From an uncultured Muribaculaceae bacterium (lineage in GTDB: Bacteria > Bacillota_I > Bacilli_A > RF39 > UBA660), in contig CAZALI010000001.1 of the NCBI GenBank assembly GCA_964486215.1, positions 12,837 to 76,836 on the forward strand: DNA of 64,000 bases. The letters are read 5' to 3'. Of the stretch, positions 1 through 8,896 are shown piece by piece. The position numbers and the translations under genes were made by a program. Below the pieces are notes generated by a model. The model did not search any database. It was not told where the DNA came from and saw nothing but the letters and a program-made list of their open reading frames with translations. Every line of letters begins with the position of its first letter. Position 1 is the first letter of the stretch.

Positions 1-518
1 GAATGAGTATATTAAATCAATCATAAGTATTATTGCCAGTATTATAGATATATAATTTAGCTTTTTATTTGATAATTTATTAATAAATTTTTCAACTACT
101 GGTTGAAGTAAATATAAGAAGAAAACTCCTCCTATACCAAATCTAACACTTGGATTTAGGGCAATACGTCCTTCAAAGTTTAATTTATAATCATCGTATA
201 CCCATGGCCAGTCACCATTAAAGTATTCACAAATATAACTAGTTATTAATTCTAATGTCGTAGCGACAAACATACATCCAAGGAATACTAGTGGTAGTAA
301 ATACCATTTTTCTTTACCTTTTTTATTCTTAATAAGCGAATATATTGTGACTAAAAATAATAAAACACCAAAGCCGTATACTGGTAGATATGGTCCAAAT
401 AAAACTCCTCTATTAGTAAAACCAGTTTGATAAATAAGTACTTCTAACACTTCTTCATATATCCAACCTATAAAGGCATATATCATAAATATTAAAAAGT
501 ATTTTTGAATAGTTTTCA
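1..518 (-). CDS. Integral membrane protein, PF06541/DUF1113 (ABC_trans_CmpB)-like. Start codon ATG at 518-516; the 3' end runs off the window edge, so the gene is partial.
   Basis: Manual translation of the minus strand from 518 gives MKTIQKYFLIFMIYAFIGWIYEEV... with no stop before position 1. The RBS GGAGGTGAG lies upstream on the minus strand. There are several hydrophobic segments. This ORF is absent from the six-frame track because it is truncated. Confidence 0.4.
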
Positions 519-674
519 TATACTCACCTCTATTATGAGTATAAGTCTTTTAATTATTATAATCAACTTAAGAAATTTTATTTTTATAATTATTTTTATC
601 TTAATAATATTTTTTATTTATAGGAAAATTAAAAAAGTAAATTTATATTTCTATTAAAAGTAAATATCTACGAT

Positions 675-1061
675 TTGCTTAATATTCAAATCATTTATAA
701 GATGTTTTTGAGAGGAGGTGATTATATACTTAATCAGGTAATTTTAGTAGGTAGACTTACGCGTGATATTAGTGTGAATAAAGGTAAAGGATCTAAAGTT
801 GCGACTATATCTTTGGCTGTACCTAGAAGTTTTAAGAATTTAGATGGTAATTACGATACAGATTTTATAGATTGTTTAGCTTTCGATCAAGTGGCTGAGA
901 ATACTAAAGAATACTGTGGTCGTGGAGATATAGTAGGTGTGAAAGGCAGACTTCAAACAAGAAAAATAGAAGAGGATGGCAAGAGTAAAAATATAATGGA
1001 AATTATTACGGAAAAAGTAACATTTTTGAGTTCGAAGAAACCAGAAGAAGAAGCAGATTAA
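675..1061 (+). CDS. ssb: Single-stranded DNA-binding protein, short form lacking the acidic DIPF tail. The true start is probably downstream of the track start, near 726 after the RBS GGAGGTG (714-720), where no in-frame ATG exists.
   Basis: OB-fold SSB signature LNQVILVGRLTRD...ISLAVPRSFKN...DFIDCLAFDQVAEN...GDIVGVKGRLQTRKIEEDGKSKN. Confidence 0.75.
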   Translation: MLNIQIIYKMFLRGGDYILNQVILVGRLTRDISVNKGKGSKVATISLAVPRSFKNLDGNYDTDFIDCLAFDQVAENTKEYCGRGDIVGVKGRLQTRKIEEDGKSKNIMEIITEKVTFLSSKKPEEEAD

Positions 1062-1074
1062 CATCTGCTTTTTG
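1052..1074 (+). terminator. Intrinsic terminator after ssb.
   Basis: Stem AGCAGAT / ATCTGCT with loop TAAC, followed by a T-run. The stop codon lies within the hairpin. Confidence 0.5.
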
Positions 1075-1138
1075 TAAACTAAGAGATAAGTTTTGGTATA
1101 TTAGTTTAAATATTATATAATAAAATTGAGGTGTTTAT

Positions 1139-2455
1139 ATGAATGATTTTATAAATTTTGGTTATACTGAAGAGGATTATAAATATATAAGAAATTATTA
1201 TTTTATTAATGATATGAGTGATGATAAATTTGAAAGTAATTTTAATAATGTTAGTAAATGTTTATTGGAACTTGGTTATAGTAAAGATGAGATAATAAAG
1301 ATGACTAGGAAATTACCTAATATTTATAGTCATTCTGTTGACAATATAAAGAGAAAATTCAATGATATGATTGAATTTGGTTATAATAAAGATGAAATTA
1401 TAGATATAACAGTAAGTTCTCCTACAATTTATAGTCATTCTATGGAGACTATTAAACAGAAAGTGTCTAATATAATGTCTTTAGGTTATAGTAAAGATGA
1501 AGTATTAAAAATGACTAAGAATTGTCCTCCAATTTTTGGCTTATCATTTGATAATTTAGATAAGAAATTAAATGATATGGTAGATTTGGGTTATAGTAGA
1601 GAAGATGTATTAAATATGGCAAGGAAGAGTCCAGTTGTCTTTGCTTTGTCAATTGATAGTATGAAGCAAAAAATAAATGATTTGCTTGAACTTGGTTATA
1701 GTAAAGAAGATATTATTAAAATGGGTAAAAAATTACCTTCAATATATAGTCATAAAATAGATGATATAAAAGGAAAAATAGATAATTTTGAATCATTGGG
1801 TTATAGTAAAGATGAAGTATTAAAAATGACTAGATCTTCAGCTGATTTATTTAGTCATTCTGTAGAATATATAAAGCAAAGAATGGATGATATTATTGCT
1901 TTAGGTTATAGTAAAGATAATGTATTAAAGATGAGTAAAACTATTCCTAGGCTTTATGATTATTCACTTGATAATATAAAGAATAAAATAGACAGTATAG
2001 AATCATTTGGATATAGTCATGATGAAGTAATAGATATGTCTACTATTTTTCCTGCACTTTTCGGACTTCCTGTGGATACTTTAAAGATGAGAATAGCTAA
2101 TATAGAGAATCATGGCTATGATAGAGAAGATGTTCTCGACATGATTAAAAAAATGCCATCTCTTTTAGGATTCTCTTCTGATACTTTGGATGAAAAATTA
2201 GACTTTTATGATTCTATAGGTATGCATGATTTGGCATTGGTAGAAACTAGACAATTAATACAGAGTACAGCTCTTTCTTATGCAAGATATAAATTCTTTG
2301 AATCTACTGGGCTTGAAGTTAATATGAATAATTATAGTAAATTGTTTACTGGAAATAAACAATTTGAAAAACAGTATGGTATAGAAAAGAAAGAATTATT
2401 AGAAAAATATAATTATGATAATAATAAGGAGACTAAAGATGGAAGAACTTTATAG
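1139..2455 (+). CDS. Tandem-repeat helical protein with about eleven 35-aa repeats resembling mTERF motifs (LGYSKDEVLKMTKxxPxIFxxSxDxLKxKIxxLxxLGY).
   Basis: The repeat is visible in the translation with a 35-aa period, and at DNA level the block ggttatagtaaagatga recurs at about 1276, 1486, 1692, 1796 and 1902. The motif pattern (Leu-Gly-aromatic-Ser ... Pro ... hydrophobic Ser, then basic residues) matches mTERF repeats. Confidence 0.5.
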   Translation: MNDFINFGYTEEDYKYIRNYYFINDMSDDKFESNFNNVSKCLLELGYSKDEIIKMTRKLPNIYSHSVDNIKRKFNDMIEFGYNKDEIIDITVSSPTIYSHSMETIKQKVSNIMSLGYSKDEVLKMTKNCPPIFGLSFDNLDKKLNDMVDLGYSREDVLNMARKSPVVFALSIDSMKQKINDLLELGYSKEDIIKMGKKLPSIYSHKIDDIKGKIDNFESLGYSKDEVLKMTRSSADLFSHSVEYIKQRMDDIIALGYSKDNVLKMSKTIPRLYDYSLDNIKNKIDSIESFGYSHDEVIDMSTIFPALFGLPVDTLKMRIANIENHGYDREDVLDMIKKMPSLLGFSSDTLDEKLDFYDSIGMHDLALVETRQLIQSTALSYARYKFFESTGLEVNMNNYSKLFTGNKQFEKQYGIEKKELLEKYNYDNNKETKDGRTL

Positions 2456-2834
2456 TATGGGTATTAGAGATGAAATACTTAAAAGTATGATTGAAACTAA
2501 TCCGGAGATAACTGAGTTAAGTGATAGTGATATTAGAGATAAAGAAAATATATTACTTAATATGGGATGCAGTAATAAACAGGTGTTAAGTATTATAGGT
2601 AGTAATCCTACTTTTCTTAGTAGAACTGATGAAAGAATTAATAAATTGATAGACTATTTGGGTAGTATGGGATTTGATACTTTAAATATTTTATTTGATT
2701 CTAATCCATATATATTAAATTTAGAAGCATTTGAGATAGATAATTATATTAATAATAGAAAGAATAATGGAGAAGAGTTAGATAATATTATTGATGATTT
2801 AGATAGTAATCCATATTTGTTTTATGAGATGTAG
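2439..2834 (+). CDS. Second, shorter mTERF-like repeat protein. It begins at ATG 2439 with RBS AAGGAG at 2427-2432 and overlaps the upstream gene by 17 nt.
   Basis: Translation MEELYSMGIRDEILKSMIETNPEITELSD...MGCSNKQVLSIIGSNPTFLSRTDERINKLIDYLGSMGFD shows the same repeat grammar as 1139..2455. Confidence 0.45.
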   Translation: MEELYSMGIRDEILKSMIETNPEITELSDSDIRDKENILLNMGCSNKQVLSIIGSNPTFLSRTDERINKLIDYLGSMGFDTLNILFDSNPYILNLEAFEIDNYINNRKNNGEELDNIIDDLDSNPYLFYEM

Positions 2835-2932
2835 TTTAACTACTCTTTTTTTGTAAAGAAATGTATATAATTGTGATTATATTATTGTCATTATAAATAA
2901 CATTGTATAATTATAATAGTGAGGTTTTTATT

Positions 2933-3652
2933 ATGAGTGATGATTATGATTGGGCAGTTAGAGAACATGGAGGTGGAGTAAAAGTTGATCCACTTAAAGG
3001 TGACCATGGACCAGTACATGAATACTCAGTAGAAGAAGCAGCGGCTATAGAACATGGTGGAGGTGGAGTAAAGGTAGATTCACTTAAAAGTTATCATGGA
3101 CCAATACATGAATATTCAGTAGAAGAGGCTACAGCTATAGAATTTGGAATGGGTGCAGTTAAAGCTGATCCTATGGTAAAGCATGGAACTCGTGATGAAG
3201 AAATACTAAAAAATATTAATATTTTAAAAACAGCTAGTGATGTTACTAATTTAAGAGATCTTATGTCTAGTATTCCAGATAAAGCTATTCTTGAAGTTAT
3301 TTCATATCGTTATAAGAAATTTTCTAATATTGTTGATGATAGAGGATTTGCTTATTCCAAGAAGGCTAAAGAAGAATTAGAGACGGTTTTGGGTCTTGAC
3401 TTAGCCATTATAGAAGAAGCTATGAAAGAAGAAAGAGATTTATCAGAGATTGATACAGCTATTTATGTTGGACAAAATGAACATAAGAATGCAGATGAAT
3501 TGTTAGATACTTATAAAGATAAACTCAATAACTCTGGAGTAAATATTACTATTACCGATAAAGAAGGTGTAGAAAAAGATGCCATTGAAGTTATTGAAAA
3601 TATGAGAGAGGGTACTAGCAAAGATTTAGAAGAGAGAGGTTATGCAAGATAA
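2933..3652 (+). CDS. Hypothetical protein with an N-terminal ~29-aa repeat present 2-3 times (EHGGGVKVDPLKGDHGPVHEYSVEEAAAI).
   Basis: ORF with RBS AGTGAGG before ATG 2933; the repeat is visible in the translation. Confidence 0.5.
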   Translation: MSDDYDWAVREHGGGVKVDPLKGDHGPVHEYSVEEAAAIEHGGGGVKVDSLKSYHGPIHEYSVEEATAIEFGMGAVKADPMVKHGTRDEEILKNINILKTASDVTNLRDLMSSIPDKAILEVISYRYKKFSNIVDDRGFAYSKKAKEELETVLGLDLAIIEEAMKEERDLSEIDTAIYVGQNEHKNADELLDTYKDKLNNSGVNITITDKEGVEKDAIEVIENMREGTSKDLEERGYAR

Positions 3653-4034
3653 TAAAAGAAAGATAATTATAGGTGCATTTACTTTAGTAGTACTTATAAT
3701 ATTACTTATTTTTATGTTTAAAGGATTTAAGGCTACTAAAGATAAGTGTGATGTTTTTAGTGGTGGAGGATATGACTTACTTTTTGAGGCTAATGGTGGA
3801 AAGAAAGTTACTTTTTTAGATGTTTGTATAGGTTGTCCACCTGATGCTTATGATACTATTCCTACAACTACTAGAGCTGGCTATAAGTTTGCTGGTTGGT
3901 ATTACGATAAAGCTTTAACTAAGAAAGTTAAAGCTACGACTACTATGGATATTCCTACTAAGAATAAATATGATGAGAGAGGATGCCATATTGGTTACCA
4001 AGATATAACTTTATATGCAAAATGGGATAAATAA
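3642..4034 (+). CDS. Membrane-anchored protein with a Listeria-Bacteroides (Flg_new) type repeat.
   Basis: N-terminal transmembrane segment IIIGAFTLVVLIILLIFMF, and the motif GYKFAGWYYDKALTKKVKATTTMDIPT, which matches the GYxFxGWYxD hallmark. Confidence 0.5.
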   Translation: MQDNKRKIIIGAFTLVVLIILLIFMFKGFKATKDKCDVFSGGGYDLLFEANGGKKVTFLDVCIGCPPDAYDTIPTTTRAGYKFAGWYYDKALTKKVKATTTMDIPTKNKYDERGCHIGYQDITLYAKWDK

Positions 4035-4082
4035 TATTTATCTCTTTTTTATGTTATAATTATTTATAGTAGGAGTGATTTT

Positions 4083-4490
4083 ATGATAGAATTTAGAGAG
4101 TATGAAGATAATGACTTTGAAGATGTTAAAAATATAATAAAAGAAGCTTTTAATATTGATGTATTAAATATAGATAATGATTCTAATGTATATAGATTAG
4201 TTAGTGTTAAAGATGAAGAAGTAGTTGGGTATTTAGATATTACTTTTTCTCATGATGTTATTAGAAATTATAAATATGCATATATTAATTATGTGTGTGT
4301 TTCTAGTAGTTCTAGAGGACTTGGTATTGGACATAAGTTAGTAGAGAAAGCTATAGAGATTTGTAAAGAAAGAGGAGTATTTTCTATTAGATTAACATCT
4401 AATCCTAAGAGATGTCAGGCTAGAGATATTTATTTAAAACTTGGTTTTAAGATAAAAGATACTGATCTATTTGAGAGGGTGATAGAGTGA
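4083..4490 (+). CDS. GNAT family N-acetyltransferase.
   Basis: Motif A YVCVSSSSRGLGIGHKLVEKAIEICKERG. Confidence 0.7.
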   Translation: MIEFREYEDNDFEDVKNIIKEAFNIDVLNIDNDSNVYRLVSVKDEEVVGYLDITFSHDVIRNYKYAYINYVCVSSSSRGLGIGHKLVEKAIEICKERGVFSIRLTSNPKRCQARDIYLKLGFKIKDTDLFERVIE

Positions 4491-5710
4491 TATTAGATAT
4501 TATTAATAAAAAGAGGTTGGGAGAAGAGTTAACTTTTGAAGAATTAGATTATGCTTTTAATGGTTATCTGCATGGAAAAGTAAAAGATTATCAGATGTCT
4601 AGTTTACTTATGGCTATTTGCATAAATGGTATGAGTAAAGAAGAAGTATTTGATTTAACTAAGATATTTATAGATAGTGGTGAAGTATTAAACTATAAAA
4701 AGATTGGTACTATTGTCGATAAGCATTCTACTGGTGGTATAGGTGATAAAACTACTTTAGTTATTACTCCTATAGTCGCAGCTTGTGGAGTTAATGTCAT
4801 TAAAATGAGTGGTAGAGGACTTGGATATACTGGTGGTACTGCTGATAAATTGGAGTCTATTCCAGGATATAAACTTTCTTTAACTGATAAAGGAATTATT
4901 AGTAGAATTAAGAAAGTAGGAATAGTTCTTACTACACAAACTAAAAATTTAGTACCACTTGATAAAGCTATCTATTCTTTAAGAGATGTTAGTGGTACAG
5001 TATCTTCTGTTGGACTTATCGCAGTAAGTATTATGAGTAAAAAGATAGCTAGTGGAGCCGATAAGATAGTTATTGATTTAAAAGTTGGTGATGGAGCTTT
5101 AATCAGTAATAAAAAAGATGCTTTAGAATTAAAAGAATTAATGATAGATATAGGTAATAAATATAATAAAGAAGTTCATGTAATTATTAATGATATGAAT
5201 ACACCGCTTGGTTATAATATAGGTAATGCCTTAGAAGTAGAAGAAGCTATTGATGTACTTAAAGGAAAAGCTAAAAATAAGCATTTAATTGATGTTTGTT
5301 ATGACTTAGCTAGTGAAATGGTATCTATGGGTAAAGGTATTAGTAAAGAAGCAGCTCTAAATGAAGTTAGAGAAGTTGTTAATAATGGAAAAGCTTATGA
5401 TAAATTTGTAGAATGGATTACTAGTCAAGGTGGAAATATAAATAAACTTAAGATTAGTACTAAAACTAAGAATATTAGAGCATATAAGAGTGGTAAAATT
5501 ACTAAAATAGATGCCTTAGAAATTGGCAAATTGTCTGTTAAACTTGGAGCTGGTAGATTAAAACTTGATGATCAAATAGATTATGGAGTAGGAATAAAGC
5601 TAAACGTAAATGTTGGAGATAAAGTAAATAAAGGTGATTTATTAGCTACTTTATATGTAAAAAGAGATGTAAAAATAAATAATATTAGAGAAATATTTAA
5701 AATTAATTAA
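4487..5710 (+). CDS. pdp: Pyrimidine-nucleoside (thymidine) phosphorylase.
   Basis: HSTGGIGDKTTLVITPIVAACG motif and size (407 aa). Confidence 0.9.
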   Translation: MILDIINKKRLGEELTFEELDYAFNGYLHGKVKDYQMSSLLMAICINGMSKEEVFDLTKIFIDSGEVLNYKKIGTIVDKHSTGGIGDKTTLVITPIVAACGVNVIKMSGRGLGYTGGTADKLESIPGYKLSLTDKGIISRIKKVGIVLTTQTKNLVPLDKAIYSLRDVSGTVSSVGLIAVSIMSKKIASGADKIVIDLKVGDGALISNKKDALELKELMIDIGNKYNKEVHVIINDMNTPLGYNIGNALEVEEAIDVLKGKAKNKHLIDVCYDLASEMVSMGKGISKEAALNEVREVVNNGKAYDKFVEWITSQGGNINKLKISTKTKNIRAYKSGKITKIDALEIGKLSVKLGAGRLKLDDQIDYGVGIKLNVNVGDKVNKGDLLATLYVKRDVKINNIREIFKIN

Positions 5711-5771
5711 AAAAAGTATTTTATATAGAAAAAATATGTTATAATTTGTGTATAAGGTAAGGTGAAATAAT

Positions 5772-7040
5772 ATGGAAAAAATTTATGTTGATGAACCTCA
5801 AAAGAATAATAAGAAAAGTAAATGGAATCTTTTTAATGTATCTTTAGGTTTAACTTTTGCAGTTGCTTTTATAGCAATGGTATCAATCTTATTAGTAGGA
5901 CTTAGTGGACAGAGTTATGCATTAGATGATGATGAGACTGCTCCTGAAACTATTCATACTAACGAAATTAGTGCACTTATTGCGATGAGTCCAACACCTA
6001 GTGCTTTTCATGAAGTTGAAGTGTATACAGCAACAGCTAACAATGAAACTTTCCCAGTATTTTGCGTAGAAAGTGGAGTAACATATGCTGGTAATCATGA
6101 TCTTAATAGAGGAGATTTGATTGATGATGTTGGTTATGTTTATTTGTTCTCTAGATTAGAGCATTTATCTATGACTGATACAGATGCAGCTAAAAATAAA
6201 TATCTTAAAGCTTGGCTTGAGCAAACAGCAATTTGGTCTTATATAGGTCAAATTACTGATGCAGCTGATACTAAGACTGATGATTGTTTTAAAAAAGGCA
6301 CAGGAGCTGCATGCTATAATGAAGTTCAACAAGCTAATGAGTTGTATGTTTGTGATGGTAACCCTGCTGGTTGTCCAAAAACACAAGCACAGACTGTTAT
6401 AACTTCTGATGATACTTTCTATGAAGATTTTGGTATTGTTGATATAATCAATCAAGCTATTTATTATCATAATAATAATATTGATGCTCTTTCATTAACA
6501 ATAAATAAAGCTGGTTCTGAGTTTACTTTAACTGAAGATGGTAAGTACTTCCGTTCTCCTAAGTTAACAGTAGTTGCTAGTGCTGGAGTTGAAGATTTTG
6601 CTGAAGTACAAGATAACTATTCATTATCTTTAGTTAGCGCAGCTGAAGGTACTTATGTAGAAGGTATTAAAGATGGCGTAGCTAATAGATTAAATGATTT
6701 AAATGATTTATCTCTAAGCGAATATAAAGAATTCTATGTATATGTACCAAAAGATAAAGTAAATGAACAAACTAAGAGATTTGAAGTTTCTGTATCTGGT
6801 AATTTTGAAATATATTCTGGCTACTATTATACTGGACAAGGTGTTCAATCTGTTACTAGATTAAAAACACTTATTACTTCTACTGATAATGCAGTACCAT
6901 TAGAAATTGTTTATTCTCCTGATGTTCCAGATACAGCTATGAATGCTTCTCAAGGAATATATTTAGTTGGATTAATTGTATTACTTACTGGTTTAGGAAT
7001 TTTATATGTCAACGTTAAAAAACAACAAAATCAAAACTAG
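5772..7040 (+). CDS. Surface protein with an N-terminal signal anchor and a C-terminal sorting-signal-like tail. The tail is VPDTA + MNASQ + hydrophobic segment + KKQQNQN.
   Basis: N-terminal TM LGLTFAVAFIAMVSILLVGL. The C-terminus reads ...SPDVPDTAMNASQGIYLVGLIVLLTGLGILYVNVKKQQNQN. A sortase gene lies immediately downstream. Confidence 0.5.
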   Translation: MEKIYVDEPQKNNKKSKWNLFNVSLGLTFAVAFIAMVSILLVGLSGQSYALDDDETAPETIHTNEISALIAMSPTPSAFHEVEVYTATANNETFPVFCVESGVTYAGNHDLNRGDLIDDVGYVYLFSRLEHLSMTDTDAAKNKYLKAWLEQTAIWSYIGQITDAADTKTDDCFKKGTGAACYNEVQQANELYVCDGNPAGCPKTQAQTVITSDDTFYEDFGIVDIINQAIYYHNNNIDALSLTINKAGSEFTLTEDGKYFRSPKLTVVASAGVEDFAEVQDNYSLSLVSAAEGTYVEGIKDGVANRLNDLNDLSLSEYKEFYVYVPKDKVNEQTKRFEVSVSGNFEIYSGYYYTGQGVQSVTRLKTLITSTDNAVPLEIVYSPDVPDTAMNASQGIYLVGLIVLLTGLGILYVNVKKQQNQN

Positions 7041-7665
7041 AAATAAATTTCAATTAAAAAAGAGCCAGATCTTGTTATTTGGCTCTTTATTAATATTTCT
7101 TGGGACAATGTTTCTCTCTTGGGACTTCTTACTTAGTCTCCGTGATGAAATATATTCTGATATGATGTTAGCTTTTTCTACTACAACTAAGGATAAGAAA
7201 GATGTACCTATTACTAAGAATATTAAAGATAAGAATGGTACTATTTATGATCAAGGAGATATAGATTATGGAGAATACTTAGGTGTTTTATCTATACCTA
7301 AGATTGGTCTTAGGAGAGGATTTTTAGATGTTAATTCTAGGTATAATAATATACAGTATAATGTAACAATGTTACGTGGTTCTTCTACTCCTGATGTTAA
7401 GAATGGTAATTTAATGTTAATTGCTCATTCAGGAGATGCATATATTTCTTATTTTGCATATTTATATAGATTAGAAGTGGGAGACAAATGTTATGTAAAA
7501 TATAATGGCTATAATTATGAGTATCATATCGTTAAGATTTATAATACTCCTAAAACTGGTAAAGTAACTATATCTAGAAATTATGATAAAACTACTTTAA
7601 CTTTAATTACTTGTACTAAGGATAGTGATACTTTACAAACAGTTTATATAGCAGAAGCAGAATAA
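7006..7665 (+). CDS. Sortase family transpeptidase.
   Basis: N-terminal TM, a His in LMLIAHSGD, and the catalytic Cys motif TLTLITCTKD (TLxTC) near the C-terminus. Confidence 0.65.
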   Translation: MSTLKNNKIKTRNKFQLKKSQILLFGSLLIFLGTMFLSWDFLLSLRDEIYSDMMLAFSTTTKDKKDVPITKNIKDKNGTIYDQGDIDYGEYLGVLSIPKIGLRRGFLDVNSRYNNIQYNVTMLRGSSTPDVKNGNLMLIAHSGDAYISYFAYLYRLEVGDKCYVKYNGYNYEYHIVKIYNTPKTGKVTISRNYDKTTLTLITCTKDSDTLQTVYIAEAE

Positions 7666-7672
7666 TAATGGG

Positions 7673-8254
7673 GTGATATTAGTGAATAGTTCTTTTTTTG
7701 ATAAAATAGCTCTAGTTTTTAAGTACATATTTTCATCTTATATTACTATTGAACTATTCATTTTTTCTATACTATTATTTGCTTTATTAATTATTAATTT
7801 AAAGAGAAAAAGTACTGTTATTAATATAGGCTTTGTTACTATATTTTTTGGCTTATTATTATCAGTTATAGTTAGTTATACAGATTATATTAAAATATGC
7901 TTTAAAACACTTATTAAGAGTATTATGAAGTATGTTTATTTTCCATCTACAATAGTATATTTCTTTATAATATTATTTGTTACTTGTATGATTATTTATA
8001 CTATTTTTAGTAAGAGACTTACTAAGTTTAAAAGAATATTTAATTATAGTGTATTTAGTATGATATATTTATTATTTATGTTATTTGTTACTATTAGTGC
8101 TAGTAATGGAATAGATTTAAATAATATGAAAGAATTATATTTAAATGATACTATTTTATCTTTAGTTCAGATGAGTAATTTCTTATTACTATTTTGGATT
8201 GTTTATACTTTATTTTATAGATTATATCTTTATTATAAGAAGAAATTTGATTAG
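7673..8254 (+). CDS. Polytopic membrane protein, hypothetical. GTG start; an alternative GTG lies at 7682.
   Basis: About five hydrophobic helices. The gene is positioned after the sortase. Confidence 0.45.
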   Translation: MILVNSSFFDKIALVFKYIFSSYITIELFIFSILLFALLIINLKRKSTVINIGFVTIFFGLLLSVIVSYTDYIKICFKTLIKSIMKYVYFPSTIVYFFIILFVTCMIIYTIFSKRLTKFKRIFNYSVFSMIYLLFMLFVTISASNGIDLNNMKELYLNDTILSLVQMSNFLLLFWIVYTLFYRLYLYYKKKFD

Positions 8255-8262
8255 AGGTTTAT

Positions 8263-8814
8263 ATGGATGATTATGACAAGAAGGAATTTGGTTTATTATT
8301 TACTTTACTTGTGATAGCTATTACGACTGGTATTATAGCCGTTACGTATTCGCTATTCTTTTCCAGTGCTAAAAATAACGATAGTTTAAAAATAGCAAGG
8401 TGGGTAGTTAAAGTAAATAGTAAGAATGTTACTGAGAGTCAAGATCATACTTTTACTTTTGATGAATTTATATTCGATGATAATCCTAATGTAGAAGAGA
8501 ATATGTTTGCTCCTGGTGTTAGTGTAACTTTACCTATTACTATTGATGCTAGAGAAAGTGACGTAGACGTCGATTATGAAATAGTTGTTGATGAAGATTA
8601 TGTTCCTATAAATAAAGCTATAGTACTTAAGAATCTTCCTATTAGAGGTACACTTACTAAGTCTAATGGTATTATAAATATAAATAATGTAAAACTTGTA
8701 TGGGAAGATATTGAAGGTAATGATGAGGAAGATACATCTTTTGCTTTAAATAATGATTCGTTTAAAATACCAATAAAGATAAATTTAAAACAGCATGTTG
8801 ATAAAAGAAGTTAG
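8263..8814 (+). CDS. Membrane-anchored or secreted hypothetical protein.
   Basis: N-terminal hydrophobic segment LLFTLLVIAITTGIIAVTYSLFFSSAKN followed by a β-rich domain. Confidence 0.4.
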   Translation: MDDYDKKEFGLLFTLLVIAITTGIIAVTYSLFFSSAKNNDSLKIARWVVKVNSKNVTESQDHTFTFDEFIFDDNPNVEENMFAPGVSVTLPITIDARESDVDVDYEIVVDEDYVPINKAIVLKNLPIRGTLTKSNGIININNVKLVWEDIEGNDEEDTSFALNNDSFKIPIKINLKQHVDKRS

Positions 8815-8827
8815 ACTTCTTTTTTTG
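8805..8827 (+). terminator. Intrinsic terminator.
   Basis: AGAAGT / ACTTCT hairpin followed by a T-run. Confidence 0.5.
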
Positions 8828-8896
8828 TAAATTAAGTATATTTCTTATAATAATAGATAGTAATTATGATATAATTGTGATGATAGAGGTAAGTGT

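Noticed and set aside
876-1064. A 62-aa minus-strand ORF antisense to ssb.
   Set aside because: It lies entirely inside a well-supported + strand gene. It has a low-complexity F/I-rich translation typical of AT-rich antisense frames and no RBS.
6165-6470. A 101-aa minus-strand ORF inside the surface-protein gene.
   Set aside because: Antisense artefact of an AT-rich coding region with no independent signals. The same applies to minus-strand ORFs at 15396..15659, 19223..19519, 21863..22168, 23464..23841, 34113..34328, 36215..36421, 36577..36771, 40020..40214, 43888..44073, 46062..46277, 49668..49880 and 51334..51573.
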